This document shows, in pieces, positions 48,950-60,498 of a stretch of 64,000 nucleotides of DNA. The DNA comes from Neoconidiobolus thromboides FSU 785 (lineage: Eukaryota > Fungi > Entomophthoromycota), in the NCBI GenBank assembly GCA_025603075.1, contig MU626320.1, forward strand, positions 45,336 through 109,335. Reading direction: 5' to 3'. A model generated the notes under the pieces. It saw only the letters and a program-made list of their open reading frames with translations. It did no database searches and was not told where the DNA came from. The stretch's first letter is position 1. Every line of letters starts with the position of its first letter. The translations under genes were made by a program, and so were the position numbers.

Positions 48950-49051
48950 TATGGGGATGTCTTTTTGATCTAATCACTTTACATTTATTAAGCGCTAATT
49001 GAGTGAAAGGACTACTAGTAAAATTCTTAAACAAAAAAACACATCCCCATA
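48950..49051 (+). mobile_element. MITE family 1 copy
   Basis: TA-TGGGGATGTCTTTTT...AAAAAAACACATCCCCA-TA with well-matched TIRs. Confidence 0.8.
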
Positions 49052-49805
49052 TAGTTAAACTTTGAATGGGCTAAGTCTTTTATTGTAATATAAATATTCA
49101 TTTTAGAAATTTTTGAGTTTATTTATGTGTTTCTTAATAAATTCTATTAATAAGTCATAAAATTATAAAATGAATATTTATATCATAATAAAAGATTTGG
49201 CCCATTTAGTTTAATAAATTTAACTCAAATAGAATTTTAAAATTCATCAATAATTTGAATCAAAAAAGTATTCAACTTTAAATAAAAAAATAATGCGATA
49301 AAGATCCTATTTTTAATTTGAACAAAAAAACTAAATTTCAATTAATAATTTAAAAAAATCCAATACAGTTTAAAATTCAACAAATTTTCATTTTTAAAAT
49401 TAGCTCCAATTTATTACTTCTATTCATTGAATTATTTAATTAAAATGATTAATTTTAAAATAACTATAAGTTTTATAGCTATAACTAGATTATTAGTAGT
49501 TTATATTCATAATATTAAAGTCAGTTTGTTATATAAAATACAACAAAATCCAAAAATTGATTTTTTTATCTTAAGCCAGGACTACTTAATCGAATTTTTA
49601 TAAATTTAGTAAATCAACTAGTTGTTGACTTAAGAACAACTAACTATATGACTTGAAATCGTGTTTTTTTCTTGATGAGCTCATCAATGAGCTGAATGAG
49701 CTAATTTCAAGCGTTAAAATAAAATAAGAAACTCAAAAAAAAATTCAAATTGATTTCTTATTTATCTAACTACTTTGGATTTTATTATCCTCTTCATATA
49801 ATAGA

Positions 49806-51122
49806 ATGACTTCCTTACATAAGAAATCCACCTTTGAATTAAGCCGCTCAGTGAAAGATTGTTTAGCTGGTACTGTAGCTGGTAGTTTCCAAGTCTTAGC
49901 TGGCCAGGTAAAAATTTCAAATGTTCCCTTAGAACTTTCTAGTTAACTATTAAATCTTTTTATTTTTCATCTGTTGACAGCCCTTTGATACTGTTAAAGT
50001 GGTAAGTTGCTATCTTATTTTTATCTACTTTTTGACTACTAATTGGAACTTGGATTCTAGCGTTTACAATCTAATTCAATATCCAATAATATTCTCCCAT
50101 ATAAAGGTGTAACAGATTGTATCATTAGAATATTTCAAGAAGAAGGAGCATTGGCTTTTTATAAGGTAACTCGTAAAGTATAATATGGGAGTGTTTTTTT
50201 TTGACTTCATTACTTTTTCCATTTTTTAAGCGCTATTTGAGTGGAAAAGCTATTAATGAAATTCTTAAACACAAAAATACATCCCCATATATTCTTTTTT
50301 ACAATAACTAAAATGAATTTATAGGGAACTTTAACTCCTTTATTAGGAGTAGGTTTATGCGTTGCTATCCAATTTATTAGTTTAGAAAGAATGAAACGAT
50401 ACTTTAAGAAAGATGGAAAAGACTTTACAATTAATGAATTGTACCTTTCAGGGGCTTTATCTGGATTAGCTAATACTATAGTAGCAGGTAAATTTGTTTA
50501 TTTAAGATAGAGGATAAAAAACAAAACAAAATTAACGATAATAATAATATTATTATATAATAAAGGCCCAGTCGAACATATTAGAATCAAACAACAAATG
50601 GACCGAGGGATAAAGAATCAATCCCCAATTCAATTAATTAAACACATTTATCGTCACCATGGAATTAAAGGTATTTATCATGGTCAAATATTAACTATGA
50701 TAAGAGATTTTCAAGCCTATGGTATTTATTTTTCAATTTATGAATTATTAATACAATCCCATATCAATCAAAATAATCTTATTAATCGTACTCAAATTCC
50801 AATGACATATGTTGCTAGTTATGGTATATTAGCAGGGTTTGGTTATTGGTTATCAAGTTACCCAATTGATGTAATTAAAACTAATATTCAAGCTGACAAA
50901 TTGGGCAAAGATAAAAAGTTGAATTCAGCTTGGCAATGTGCTAATAATATTTTGAAAGAACAAGGGATTAAAGGGTTTTTCAAAGGATTAACTCCATGTT
51001 TATTAAGAACTATACCAGCTGCTTCATCTACTTTTTTAGGGTAAGGACTATGTACTATTGTTTTTGATTTTAATTTAATTGAATCGTTTAGTTTTGAATT
51101 TGCTATGAAACTACTCGATTGA
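49806..51122 (+). CDS. YMC1: Mitochondrial carrier family protein (Ymc1/Ymc2-like), 6 exons
   Basis: Three carrier signatures (PFDTVKVRLQ, PVEHIRIKQQ, PIDVIKTNIQ) and GTLTPLLGVGLCVAIQF. Introns 49908-49980, 50002-50060, 50166-50324, 50488-50565, 51040-51091. Confidence 0.88.
50184..50289 (+). mobile_element. MITE family 1 copy inside intron 3 of the mitochondrial carrier gene
   Basis: TA-TGGGAGTGTTTTTT...AAAAATACATCCCCA-TA lying within the GT...AG intron 50166-50324. Confidence 0.85.
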
Positions 51123-51238
51123 TTTTAATTTAATTTCTACTTTTATTTAATAAAGTTAAAAATTCAAAAAAGATTTAAGTCATTTTATTAATTAATATTA
51201 ATAATAATAGCCTTATTAAAATCCAACTTTATTTATTT

Positions 51239-53434
51239 TCATTTTTTAATAGGCATAACAAATAATGATTTAAACATATCACTTAAATGAGATAATATTT
51301 TTTTAACTTTACGATGAGAATTAATATAATTTCGATCTTTAGCAATTTTTAACCAAACATCTTCAGGATGATTAATAGTATCTTCATCATAATAAAAATG
51401 TCTTTTAGCTGGTCTGGCTAAGAATTCTAATGGTATAGGTAAGCCCTTTTTATCTGGAAAATGTGAATAGGCTTGCATTAAAGTCATTGAAAATCCAGCT
51501 TGTACTGGAAAGTCTTTGGGTGCAAGAGGATGATCTGTGAGATTAAAATAACTTAACATACTTAATAAACTTGAATAAGGCAATACATTAGCACCATTCA
51601 TACTACCTGCAGTAGGTTTACGATTAGATATCATTTTAGAACCCCCAATAGAATAAGTAATTGTATTCGTTAACTCTTGTAAGGAATTAACAAATAAACC
51701 ACAAGTGGAATAACAAATAGAATTAGTTACTAAAGTTATATCATTTAAATTAAATGGTATAAATTCGGGATCTTTTTTTAAATTTGATAAGAAATCTTCA
51801 CTTTCACAATCATTATAAAAAAAATTAGTATATCGATTCTCTACATCCCATCTTTCTTCACCTTTTGGTAATAATTCAGTTACATCTCGATATTTAGTAT
51901 GATTCTTATTATATTTGTCCATGGGATTAAATGGAGATCCAGCTGTATTATCGATAATTAATAAATTGATTAAAATGGGATTAAGATGCATATCTAATAA
52001 AAAAGGTTTGAATAAAGATCTTGGTAATAAATATTTTAATATAGAATATCCATGACATACAACGCCACCAGGGTTGTTACTTAAATCTAATATTAATTTT
52101 TCTACTTTATATTTTTGAAATAATTTAAAACCTATAATATATTCTTTTTTAAATAAAAAATCATTACAAGAAGAATCAAAATTATTCATAGCAATTATAC
52201 CAATATTCTTATTAAATATATAAAATTTAACAAATTGTCCATCTAATATTGGTACTTTTAAATTAATTTGATTTTGATTTATGCTTTTTAATTGTACTTC
52301 ATTTAATTTAATATCCATATTAATTATCTTTTTTAATTCAATTTCTTCTTTCTTTTGCATTTCAACTCTTTCATTTTCAAATTGTTGTAACTCTTTAACT
52401 TCTTCATTATAATCTTTCCTATGATTTTTACATAATAACTCATAATAACTTTTGCCATCCTTAAATTCACCTTGATATACTGCTCTAGCTAAATAAGGTA
52501 CATTTAATACCACTTTATTTCCATTTATATTGAATTCAAATAAAACGTGACTTTTTTTTGGTGGTAAATTAGCTTCAACAAAAGCACCAAAATCCCATTT
52601 CCAAGTACCATTAATTAATTTAAAACTAGATAATGCGCCATTCATTCTAGAATGTGGGTCTCTTGAAGTTCCATATCGAGTATCAGCTATTTCTTCAATG
52701 GCTATAATAGCTTCTTTATTATCAATTTTTTCTACTATTGCATTATCAAATTCAGATACATTAACTCCCATTGACTTCCAAGTTTCTATTTCTCTTTCAA
52801 GATAAGGTAATCCTCCTTTAACTTTAACTATTAACTTTTCATCCTTTTCTATTAACACTAATGGAAATGGTAATAAAAATTGAAAACTGGAATAACATTT
52901 TGGTAAATAAATAGTATGACCATCTCTCAATTCAAGAAATAAATCAGAGATATCTTTATGGAATAATCGATCTTTAGTATAATTCTTAACTCTTAATACA
53001 GCTAACATAGTCTCCATATCAATTGTTTTTCCTCCTTTAATAGCATCAACAGAACGTTTACGAGCTACATCTGAGAATACATAAAATGGTAATAATTTCC
53101 ATAAGGTATCTAAAACACCATCTCGAATCTTGGGATCAAAGGGAAATGAATTATAACAGTTGAGGATTTGATCATATGTATATGTTTGATTATAATTATT
53201 AATATCAATACATGGATCATGAGTTGTGATAATAGTATTGTGATCTTCCGGTTGAATCATTTTTTCTAATAATGGTACATTGTTATTGATGGTTGGATCA
53301 CTGTTGAATGAGGTATCTTTTTCTTGAGGTTGAGTTTGTTGAATGTTTAAATTGTTACCTTTATCATCTTTAACCCAATCTTCACAATGAATTGCTACAA
53401 AGAATAATAAATATACTAAAATATTGAACTTCAT
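51239..53434 (-). CDS. Secreted peptidase family S41 protein, 731 aa, intronless
   Basis: Signal peptide, FHKDISDLFLELRDGHTIY, KLILDLSNNPGGVVC and LVTNSICYSTCGLF are motifs typical of fungal S41 proteins. Confidence 0.8.
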   Translation of the reverse strand: MKFNILVYLLFFVAIHCEDWVKDDKGNNLNIQQTQPQEKDTSFNSDPTINNNVPLLEKMIQPEDHNTIITTHDPCIDINNYNQTYTYDQILNCYNSFPFDPKIRDGVLDTLWKLLPFYVFSDVARKRSVDAIKGGKTIDMETMLAVLRVKNYTKDRLFHKDISDLFLELRDGHTIYLPKCYSSFQFLLPFPLVLIEKDEKLIVKVKGGLPYLEREIETWKSMGVNVSEFDNAIVEKIDNKEAIIAIEEIADTRYGTSRDPHSRMNGALSSFKLINGTWKWDFGAFVEANLPPKKSHVLFEFNINGNKVVLNVPYLARAVYQGEFKDGKSYYELLCKNHRKDYNEEVKELQQFENERVEMQKKEEIELKKIINMDIKLNEVQLKSINQNQINLKVPILDGQFVKFYIFNKNIGIIAMNNFDSSCNDFLFKKEYIIGFKLFQKYKVEKLILDLSNNPGGVVCHGYSILKYLLPRSLFKPFLLDMHLNPILINLLIIDNTAGSPFNPMDKYNKNHTKYRDVTELLPKGEERWDVENRYTNFFYNDCESEDFLSNLKKDPEFIPFNLNDITLVTNSICYSTCGLFVNSLQELTNTITYSIGGSKMISNRKPTAGSMNGANVLPYSSLLSMLSYFNLTDHPLAPKDFPVQAGFSMTLMQAYSHFPDKKGLPIPLEFLARPAKRHFYYDEDTINHPEDVWLKIAKDRNYINSHRKVKKILSHLSDMFKSLFVMPIKK

Positions 53435-53919
53435 AATAAATTGATAGAATTTTAAAAAAGATAAATAATCATTTTATGTATTTGTTGTTTAGTTTCATTA
53501 TTAATTTATTAGTTCTCTTAAATAAGAAAAATATCAACTTTTTAATTTATTAATTTCTTCTTCACTATTATTTTCATTCTTTTATTTCCAAAACTTCATT
53601 TATTAAAGTTAGTTCTAAAAATTACTATTTTTAGTAACTTATTTTCAATTTTTGAATTTATTAATTTCAATTTTTTTTAAACATATTAAAAATATTACTA
53701 AACTTGTTCTATTAACTAATGATATTATAACCTAATACAATAATGACCTTAAAAATATAAAAATCTAACTAAAAGCTTAAAAAATGTAATTTAACTTCAA
53801 CAATTCAATAATTCAATTCTATTTTGTAATAACTTCTAGAACATATTCAATTTGATTTCTAACCTTAAAACAAAATCATTGATTTCCTATACAACAAATT
53901 CAAATCTTGTTTTTATTAT

Positions 53920-54846
53920 TTATTCTTTCTTATCTCCATTACTACTCTTGACTTTATCCGTTAATAAATTCAATACTAAATCACCTAATTTTTTATCTCT
54001 CTCTTCTTCTGTTTCAAAAGTTTCATCTTTCATTACTTGATCGAATTTATTAATGAATTCATCATTTAAATCCATATCGTTCTCTTCTTTTTCATTCCCA
54101 TCGTAATCTACATGTTGTAATTGATTATTATTTAACTCAATTTTATCTTCACTTAATTGATAAAGGTATTCATATAACTCGATATTCTCTTCTTCATAAG
54201 CAGTTTGATAAGGCTAAAAAAAAGAAAATGAATTAACTTCAATCAAATTATTATTAAATAAATAAATAAATAGATTTTAAATTATTCTTCTAATATTAAC
54301 TAACAAAGATAATGTAATCTTCAATAGAAAGATATATAAAAAACTTACATAAACACCTTCATTGTTTTTTAAATTTGGATTAGCACCAGCATCAATTAAT
54401 AATTTAGCACATCTTACAGATTCACAATGATGTAATGGGGTTTCATTATCAAAGTCAACAATATTCACATTGGCCCCTTGTTCAATTAAATAAGTAGCTA
54501 AATCATAATGATCATAACTTACAGAAGCACTCCTGAAGAAATATATATATTAGTATCTATTTTAAGTTTTAGACTTAATCAAGTATGAAATATAAATATT
54601 AAATTGAATCCGTAATTTTGTTTTAAAAAACGGAGTATTTTCCTTATTAGAAATAGTATATTATATACTTACAAGGGTGTATAACCGTATGGATCTTTAG
54701 CATCTACAGATATTCCAGATTCAAGATAAGACTATTATGAATTTTTAATACATTTTAATATTTACTTTTTTATTAAATTAACTTACTTTAACTACTTCTA
54801 AATCGCCATCAGATGCAGCTATCCATATATTTTTGGGAACACTCAT
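53920..54846 (-). CDS. Small ankyrin-repeat protein (YCR051W-like), 4 exons
   Basis: MSVPKNIWIAASDGDLEVVK|...AKDPYGYTPL|...DFDNETPLHHCE..., followed by an acidic C-terminal tail. Confidence 0.82.
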
Positions 54847-55079
54847 TCTATTACTTTTTTAAAATTGATTTTATTAAGATTTAAAAAAATTGATTTACAA
54901 TTTTCAAAAAAAAGATAAAATTATTTTTAAAAATTAGATTAGCATGAATTCTTTATCAAAAAAATTAAATAATATATTATAAGATAAATTAATGAAAAAT
55001 AATTTATTTTTAACTTATATATTTAAAAGGGAGTGAATTAAATTAATTTTTACATTTAAAAAAACACAAAGCCAAGGTG

Positions 55080-57419
55080 TCATTGAATTTGAGCAACTTT
55101 AGTAGCCAGTTCTTTAGCTTTAAAACTAATTGCTGTAATTGATTCTAAAGTTTCATTAATGGTGTGATAATTTTTAATATTGGAAGCTAAATCTAAATAA
55201 AAAAGAAATTATTATTATTATCATATGGTAGTACATTAAATATTACCTAAAAACCTTTTAGTGCTAATTAAAAAAAGGTCATTAACTGAACATTTTTTAA
55301 GTAATAATTCCATATCATAAATTAATAATAATATATTCTTTATAAAATATACTGTATATAATGGTTGGCAGTATTCTAATATCTAAATAAATAAATAAAC
55401 ATAAAGATACAATTGATTATTATTATTGTATTACAGTAAATCAAACTTACCTTGAAAACTAATGATTTAATTAATACAGGCCTTAATGCAATTATTTTCA
55501 ATCTCAAATGATCAATTATTGGTTTGATTAAATTATATGCAAACAAATTCATTATACTTTCATATAACATCGATTCACATTCGTTCTATTAAATCATAAT
55601 AATGAATTTATAAATTTATAAATTTATAGTAGTAAAATTTGTATATTACTTGATATTTTTCTTCCATCTTTTTACATTTATCTAGACATTTTAATAAACA
55701 ATTAAATGCTTCTCGTTGTAATGGTTTATGTATTCTTGCTATCTAAATTATATTATTATTAGTTGTTATTATCTATTATTATTATTATTATTTATTTTAC
55801 TTACATCTTCAATTAACTTATAAATAATAGGTTCTTCTGATGTCATATATTGCTTATGAATGATTATATTATCGATGTTGTTCATAATATACATTAATAT
55901 AACTTTTGCTAGTAAAATATCCCTAGTTAATAATATCTCATTAGTCCCCTTTCTTTTCTTCTCAATTAAAAAAACAATTATTTACCTATAAGCAGCCGAT
56001 GGAATAGAATACATTTGACTTATTTCACATAATGCATATAGTTTGGTCTTCCATAATAATTTTAATTCAAATCCAATTTGTCTTGCTTTTTCTGGTAAAC
56101 CCCTACCAGTGAGTGGATTTACGGTAGTTAAATAACATAATAAATACAATCCTTTATCTAAGGATTGATTAAATTCACTTTTGGTGTCATTAGGTTTATT
56201 TGATAATATTGTTATTGTTATTAGTTTATCTATTTAAGAGAATAAAGTCAGTACTATTAGTACTAACATGATTATTATGGTTTACTTATGACGTAAGGAA
56301 TCGCTAATTTTCTGTTAAATTCTAAATCTTCTTGTTGGGTTGTAATTGAATAAAACTAAAATCAAAAAACAATTAACTTAATAATAAATGAATAAGTAAA
56401 TAAATACCTTTTGAATTAATTGCATAGTTTTTAAATTATGAATATTCTTATTAAAACAAAAAGATAAAATATCGTTATCTTTAATTTCCATTAAAAGGTT
56501 TAATAAACTTTTAAACTCTTCATAATTGTTACAAACTAAGCTTAGTTTTTCTATCATTCGATTATTGATATCATGTAATATTAAAGAAGTTGGGTATTCA
56601 TTATTTATTTCTCGTAAATAATAGATTACTTTTAAACATATCTTATTAGATTCTGTATATTTATCCTATAATACTAATTAGTTATTGGCTATATTGAACT
56701 CATATGTATTTGTTTAACTTACCATAAATTGATTACAATAATCTTCATATTCATTTTCATTAATTGTAAATATAGTTGATATATCTTCCATTATTGTATC
56801 TTCTTCAATAATTTCTACTTCCTCTTGTTCACCGAAACTTATCAACTATAAAATTAAGTATTTATAATATATATTTGTAATGAAATAAGTGTTTTTACCT
56901 TATAACAATGCATTAAAACAGCTGAGTTTGGAAATTTTCTAAATAATTCCACTAATAGACTTTTAAAAAAGGGTAGTTTCAAATAATCTTTTAACCACAA
57001 AGGTAGTGAGTTCTATATACATAATCTAATTAATAAACAATGATAACTATTAAATAAATTTTACTTACCCCCTTTTCAATCTCAGCATTAATTGCATCAT
57101 TAAATTTATCAATATCAAATTGATTAATTACAAACTCATGAATAGATTGATTTAGCTCAAAAGTTGAAAATTTAATGTTATCATTAAGTTCCAATAATAA
57201 ATTTAATTGATTTTTTATTCCTTGAAAACTATTTACACTTTCATTGACGCTTGAATCAAACCCAATCTGTTGTATAGAAGTGTTAAATGTTTGTATACCA
57301 TTGTCTTGTAAAATGGAATCTAATTTGAAAATTGAATATCTTCTTTATTTTGTTTTGATAAGTTCTTGTTATTTACCTATTTGATTATTTTTTCCTTTGT
57401 TTAACATCTTTTCGTCCAT
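55080..57419 (-). CDS. NELFCD: Negative elongation factor C/D (TH1-like) homolog, 12 exons; almost entirely missed by the ORF track
   Basis: Spliced segments follow human NELF-C/D (recalled from memory) in order: NQFDIDK~KHFDPRK; PLWLKDYLKLPFFKSLLVELFRKFPNSAVLMHCYKLIS~[50 protein letters not shown]~KYIHILAYAASV; PIIYKLIEDIARIHKPL~PVHLALLDEISTCHQLL; ILEYCQPLYTVYF~VLDVIAPPYTSDF. Confidence 0.78.
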
Positions 57420-57515
57420 GATTTTTAAATAAAAACAAAAATAGATTATACTATGATGAAATAAAATAAACTATCAACTTCAAATTTCCATTTTTATTCA
57501 CTCAAAAAAAAAGCA

Positions 57516-58803
57516 TTAATTCAAAAACTCCTTAAAAAATGTAACAATAACTTCAGTTGTCCAATATTGATTTTCCTTTATACCCCAATCACCTTTCTCC
57601 CACCAACCTAAATGACCACCTAAACTCGTTAATAATAACAAACAATTAGGATTCAATTCAATTTCTTCTTTTGGTATAGCTAACTCGATAGAGATTGGGT
57701 CATCCTTTGCATTTACAAATAAGGTCGGAACTTCAATATCTAATATCTTTCTATTTGATGAAGCTTCTCTATGATATTGATCAATACAATGAAATCTATT
57801 ATTTAATAAAGGATTTTTAATAATCACATCATATTCCAATTCCCTTACTGTAGACCATTGTTTCACTAATAGCTCTTTAAATAATTCACTATTTTTAATC
57901 AATGGTTTTTTTAATATCTTTATAAATAAAGGGGTATAAAAATAATAATTAATAGCTTTACGTAACATATTTCTGGAACATGTGGACATATCAAAGGGAT
58001 TTGAGATTATGACAGAACCTGAGATGAGGCTCTGGTTGCCTTTTTCACCAAGATACTAAGATTGTTATTTTTAAGTACTTAAATTTAAATGATTTAATAA
58101 TAATACTACCTTAGTTAATATATTGCCACCAACAGAATAACCAACTCCTAATAATTTTGATTTTGGATATCTTGATTTTAAAGAGATTAATATTTCATTT
58201 AAATCTTCGGTACTACCAGCATCATAGATTCGGGCTAATGTTAAGGGTAAATCAGCACCTTTATAAAAAAAATTAGACATTTTTTTTATAATAATGGGTA
58301 AATAACTTACAACCACGATAATTAAATATAACAAATTTGATATTGTTTATTTCAGCTAAATTTGTTTTATGAATTAAATCTTTAATATAACTGGCATGAC
58401 TTCCTTTATAAAATGATTAAAATTAATACGATTAAAAAGATTATTAACCTTTACCTCCTCCCATACCATGCATAATAACTACAATTGTCTCTTCTTTTTC
58501 AGGATCTGGTAATGTAGGATACCAATGTAAAGCTACATTTTCATTATCGGAACAAACAAATATTTCTTCTTTATAACTAATCTCTTCTACTTTAGCTATA
58601 TTTAAAGCACCAAAACAAGTTTGTAAATGGGCATTTTTTAAATAAAAAGTTGGTGTATATGTCCAATTATAAGATTGGATTCGTTTTAATATAGGAATTA
58701 AATTGGAATCACTTATATATTCTATATCGTTTTTAGTTATTATGTAAGTGATTAGATAGTAAATGAAATAAGTTATGACAAAAGCCAGGGTTAGAGCGAT
58801 CAT
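57516..58803 (-). CDS. Alpha/beta hydrolase, ABHD1/3-YheT-Eht1/Mgl2 family, ~4 exons
   Basis: N-terminal TM, HLQT, HGMGGGS, FNYRGC, nucleophile GYSVGGN, NAKDDP and GGHLGW. Confidence 0.9.
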
Positions 58804-59037
58804 AGTTGATATTAGTTATTGAAAAAATATTGAAAAAAAGAACGAATTTGTCGGGATTTAACTGCATTATTTTTAAAATTTCATTGTTATCTTTATTTAT
58901 TCTCAAATTTATAAATAAAGTTAATTAGAAGTCAATATTTCAAGGAACTTAGTTTAAGTTTACCCCTATCAAAATAAATCAAAATTACAAATCAAATTTG
59001 AAAATTCAAATAAATTTAAAACCCTATTTATTCCCAT

Positions 59038-60498
59038 TTAACTAATAGTTTTACATAATTGTAATGCTTTAGCCACATTAATAATACCATATCCAAATTC
59101 ATTATTTGGTACTTTAGTTGTTGAATCTCCACCACATTTTAATTTAGAGTATTGAACTGTAGCTGATTGTCTAAGAACTTTAGCAACTAAATCCACATTT
59201 CTTTCTAAATTAGGACAAGCAGCCATAACTAATAAAGCAGCACCAGAGACATGTGGAGAAGCCATTGAAGTACCTGATAATGAAGCATAAGTATTACCTC
59301 GAACGGCACCAGTAATAGAAGATCCAGGGGCAGTAACATCAATTGCATTGGCCCTCTCTTTAACTGGACCTAAAGAAGAAAACGAAGATCTTGTATAAGC
59401 TTTGTAATTCGATGAAGCTACTGAAAATGCATTTGGATCAATAGCAGGTGGAGATAACATGGAAGAACAACCTTGGGCACCATCATTACCGGCGGAAACG
59501 GACATGAAAATACCAGCAGATTTTAAAGCAATTAAAGCTTGGTTAAATGTATTTCTTGAACAGCCTTCTGATGTTGGGCAACCATAAGAATTACCAATTA
59601 CATGTGGACGTAATTCAGGCTTAGGATTATTACCATCGAGATCAGTTGGGGCCATTAAAAATTGTAAACAACCTAAATATGTCTCAGGAGTCCCTAAATT
59701 TTGATCCATATTTTTACAGGCTATCCATTTGGTTGTGGGAGAAACACCAAGATTTAAATTTGAAATTGTAGTAGACATAGTATGTGTACCATGATCATTA
59801 TCATCACATGGTACTTTTGAGTTGACTCCACAAGGCCCTAATCCTTGACTAGGTTGTTTCACTTTATTGGCATCCCACCAATTATAATTATGATCATATT
59901 TATTATTACCTAAATTACCACGGTAGTTTTTATTAATTGCTGGATGAGTATATTCAACTCCAGTATCAGCATTAGCATAGACTAATTTACTAGCATTATC
60001 TAATACTACTTGTGGTAAATTGGTAGCATTAATAAAAGTTAGACTCCAATGAGGTTGTTTACCATCCCAATTAGCTTGTGTTTGTCTTAATTGTGGTTGA
60101 GGTAAATCTACTCTAAAGGGTTGATTACTTGAAATTTCTACAATCTCATTATTACTCTGTTTGACCAAGTTATCTAATACTTCTTTAGTGGCAGTGACTG
60201 CGATAGTATTTGAAATGAAATAAGGTTTATAATAAGAAATAGAGCCCTTGCTATTTAATTGTTGAATCAATTTTAGAACATTGGATTCTTTTTGATGTTC
60301 TTTTAATTGTTGTTGTAATTGTAAGACTTCAGTATTACTAGCAGAATTAGAATTGACACTTTTCAATTTTAATGGCTTAAGTTGAACTAATACATTTAAT
60401 TCTTTAGCACCACTAGAGACTTCTGCTAATACTTTACGATCATAGATGGCATCACTGGTAACAAGACCTAAGATTAATAATAAATTGAAATACTTCAT
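59038..60498 (-). CDS. Secreted subtilisin (S8) with prodomain, bacillopeptidase-F-like, intronless
   Basis: Catalytic triad motifs ANADTG, DHGTHTMST and SGTSMASPHV; WDA..., KWIACK, VIGNSYGC, VSAGNDG. Confidence 0.95.
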   Translation of the reverse strand: MKYFNLLLILGLVTSDAIYDRKVLAEVSSGAKELNVLVQLKPLKLKSVNSNSASNTEVLQLQQQLKEHQKESNVLKLIQQLNSKGSISYYKPYFISNTIAVTATKEVLDNLVKQSNNEIVEISSNQPFRVDLPQPQLRQTQANWDGKQPHWSLTFINATNLPQVVLDNASKLVYANADTGVEYTHPAINKNYRGNLGNNKYDHNYNWWDANKVKQPSQGLGPCGVNSKVPCDDNDHGTHTMSTTISNLNLGVSPTTKWIACKNMDQNLGTPETYLGCLQFLMAPTDLDGNNPKPELRPHVIGNSYGCPTSEGCSRNTFNQALIALKSAGIFMSVSAGNDGAQGCSSMLSPPAIDPNAFSVASSNYKAYTRSSFSSLGPVKERANAIDVTAPGSSITGAVRGNTYASLSGTSMASPHVSGAALLVMAACPNLERNVDLVAKVLRQSATVQYSKLKCGGDSTTKVPNNEFGYGIINVAKALQLCKTIS

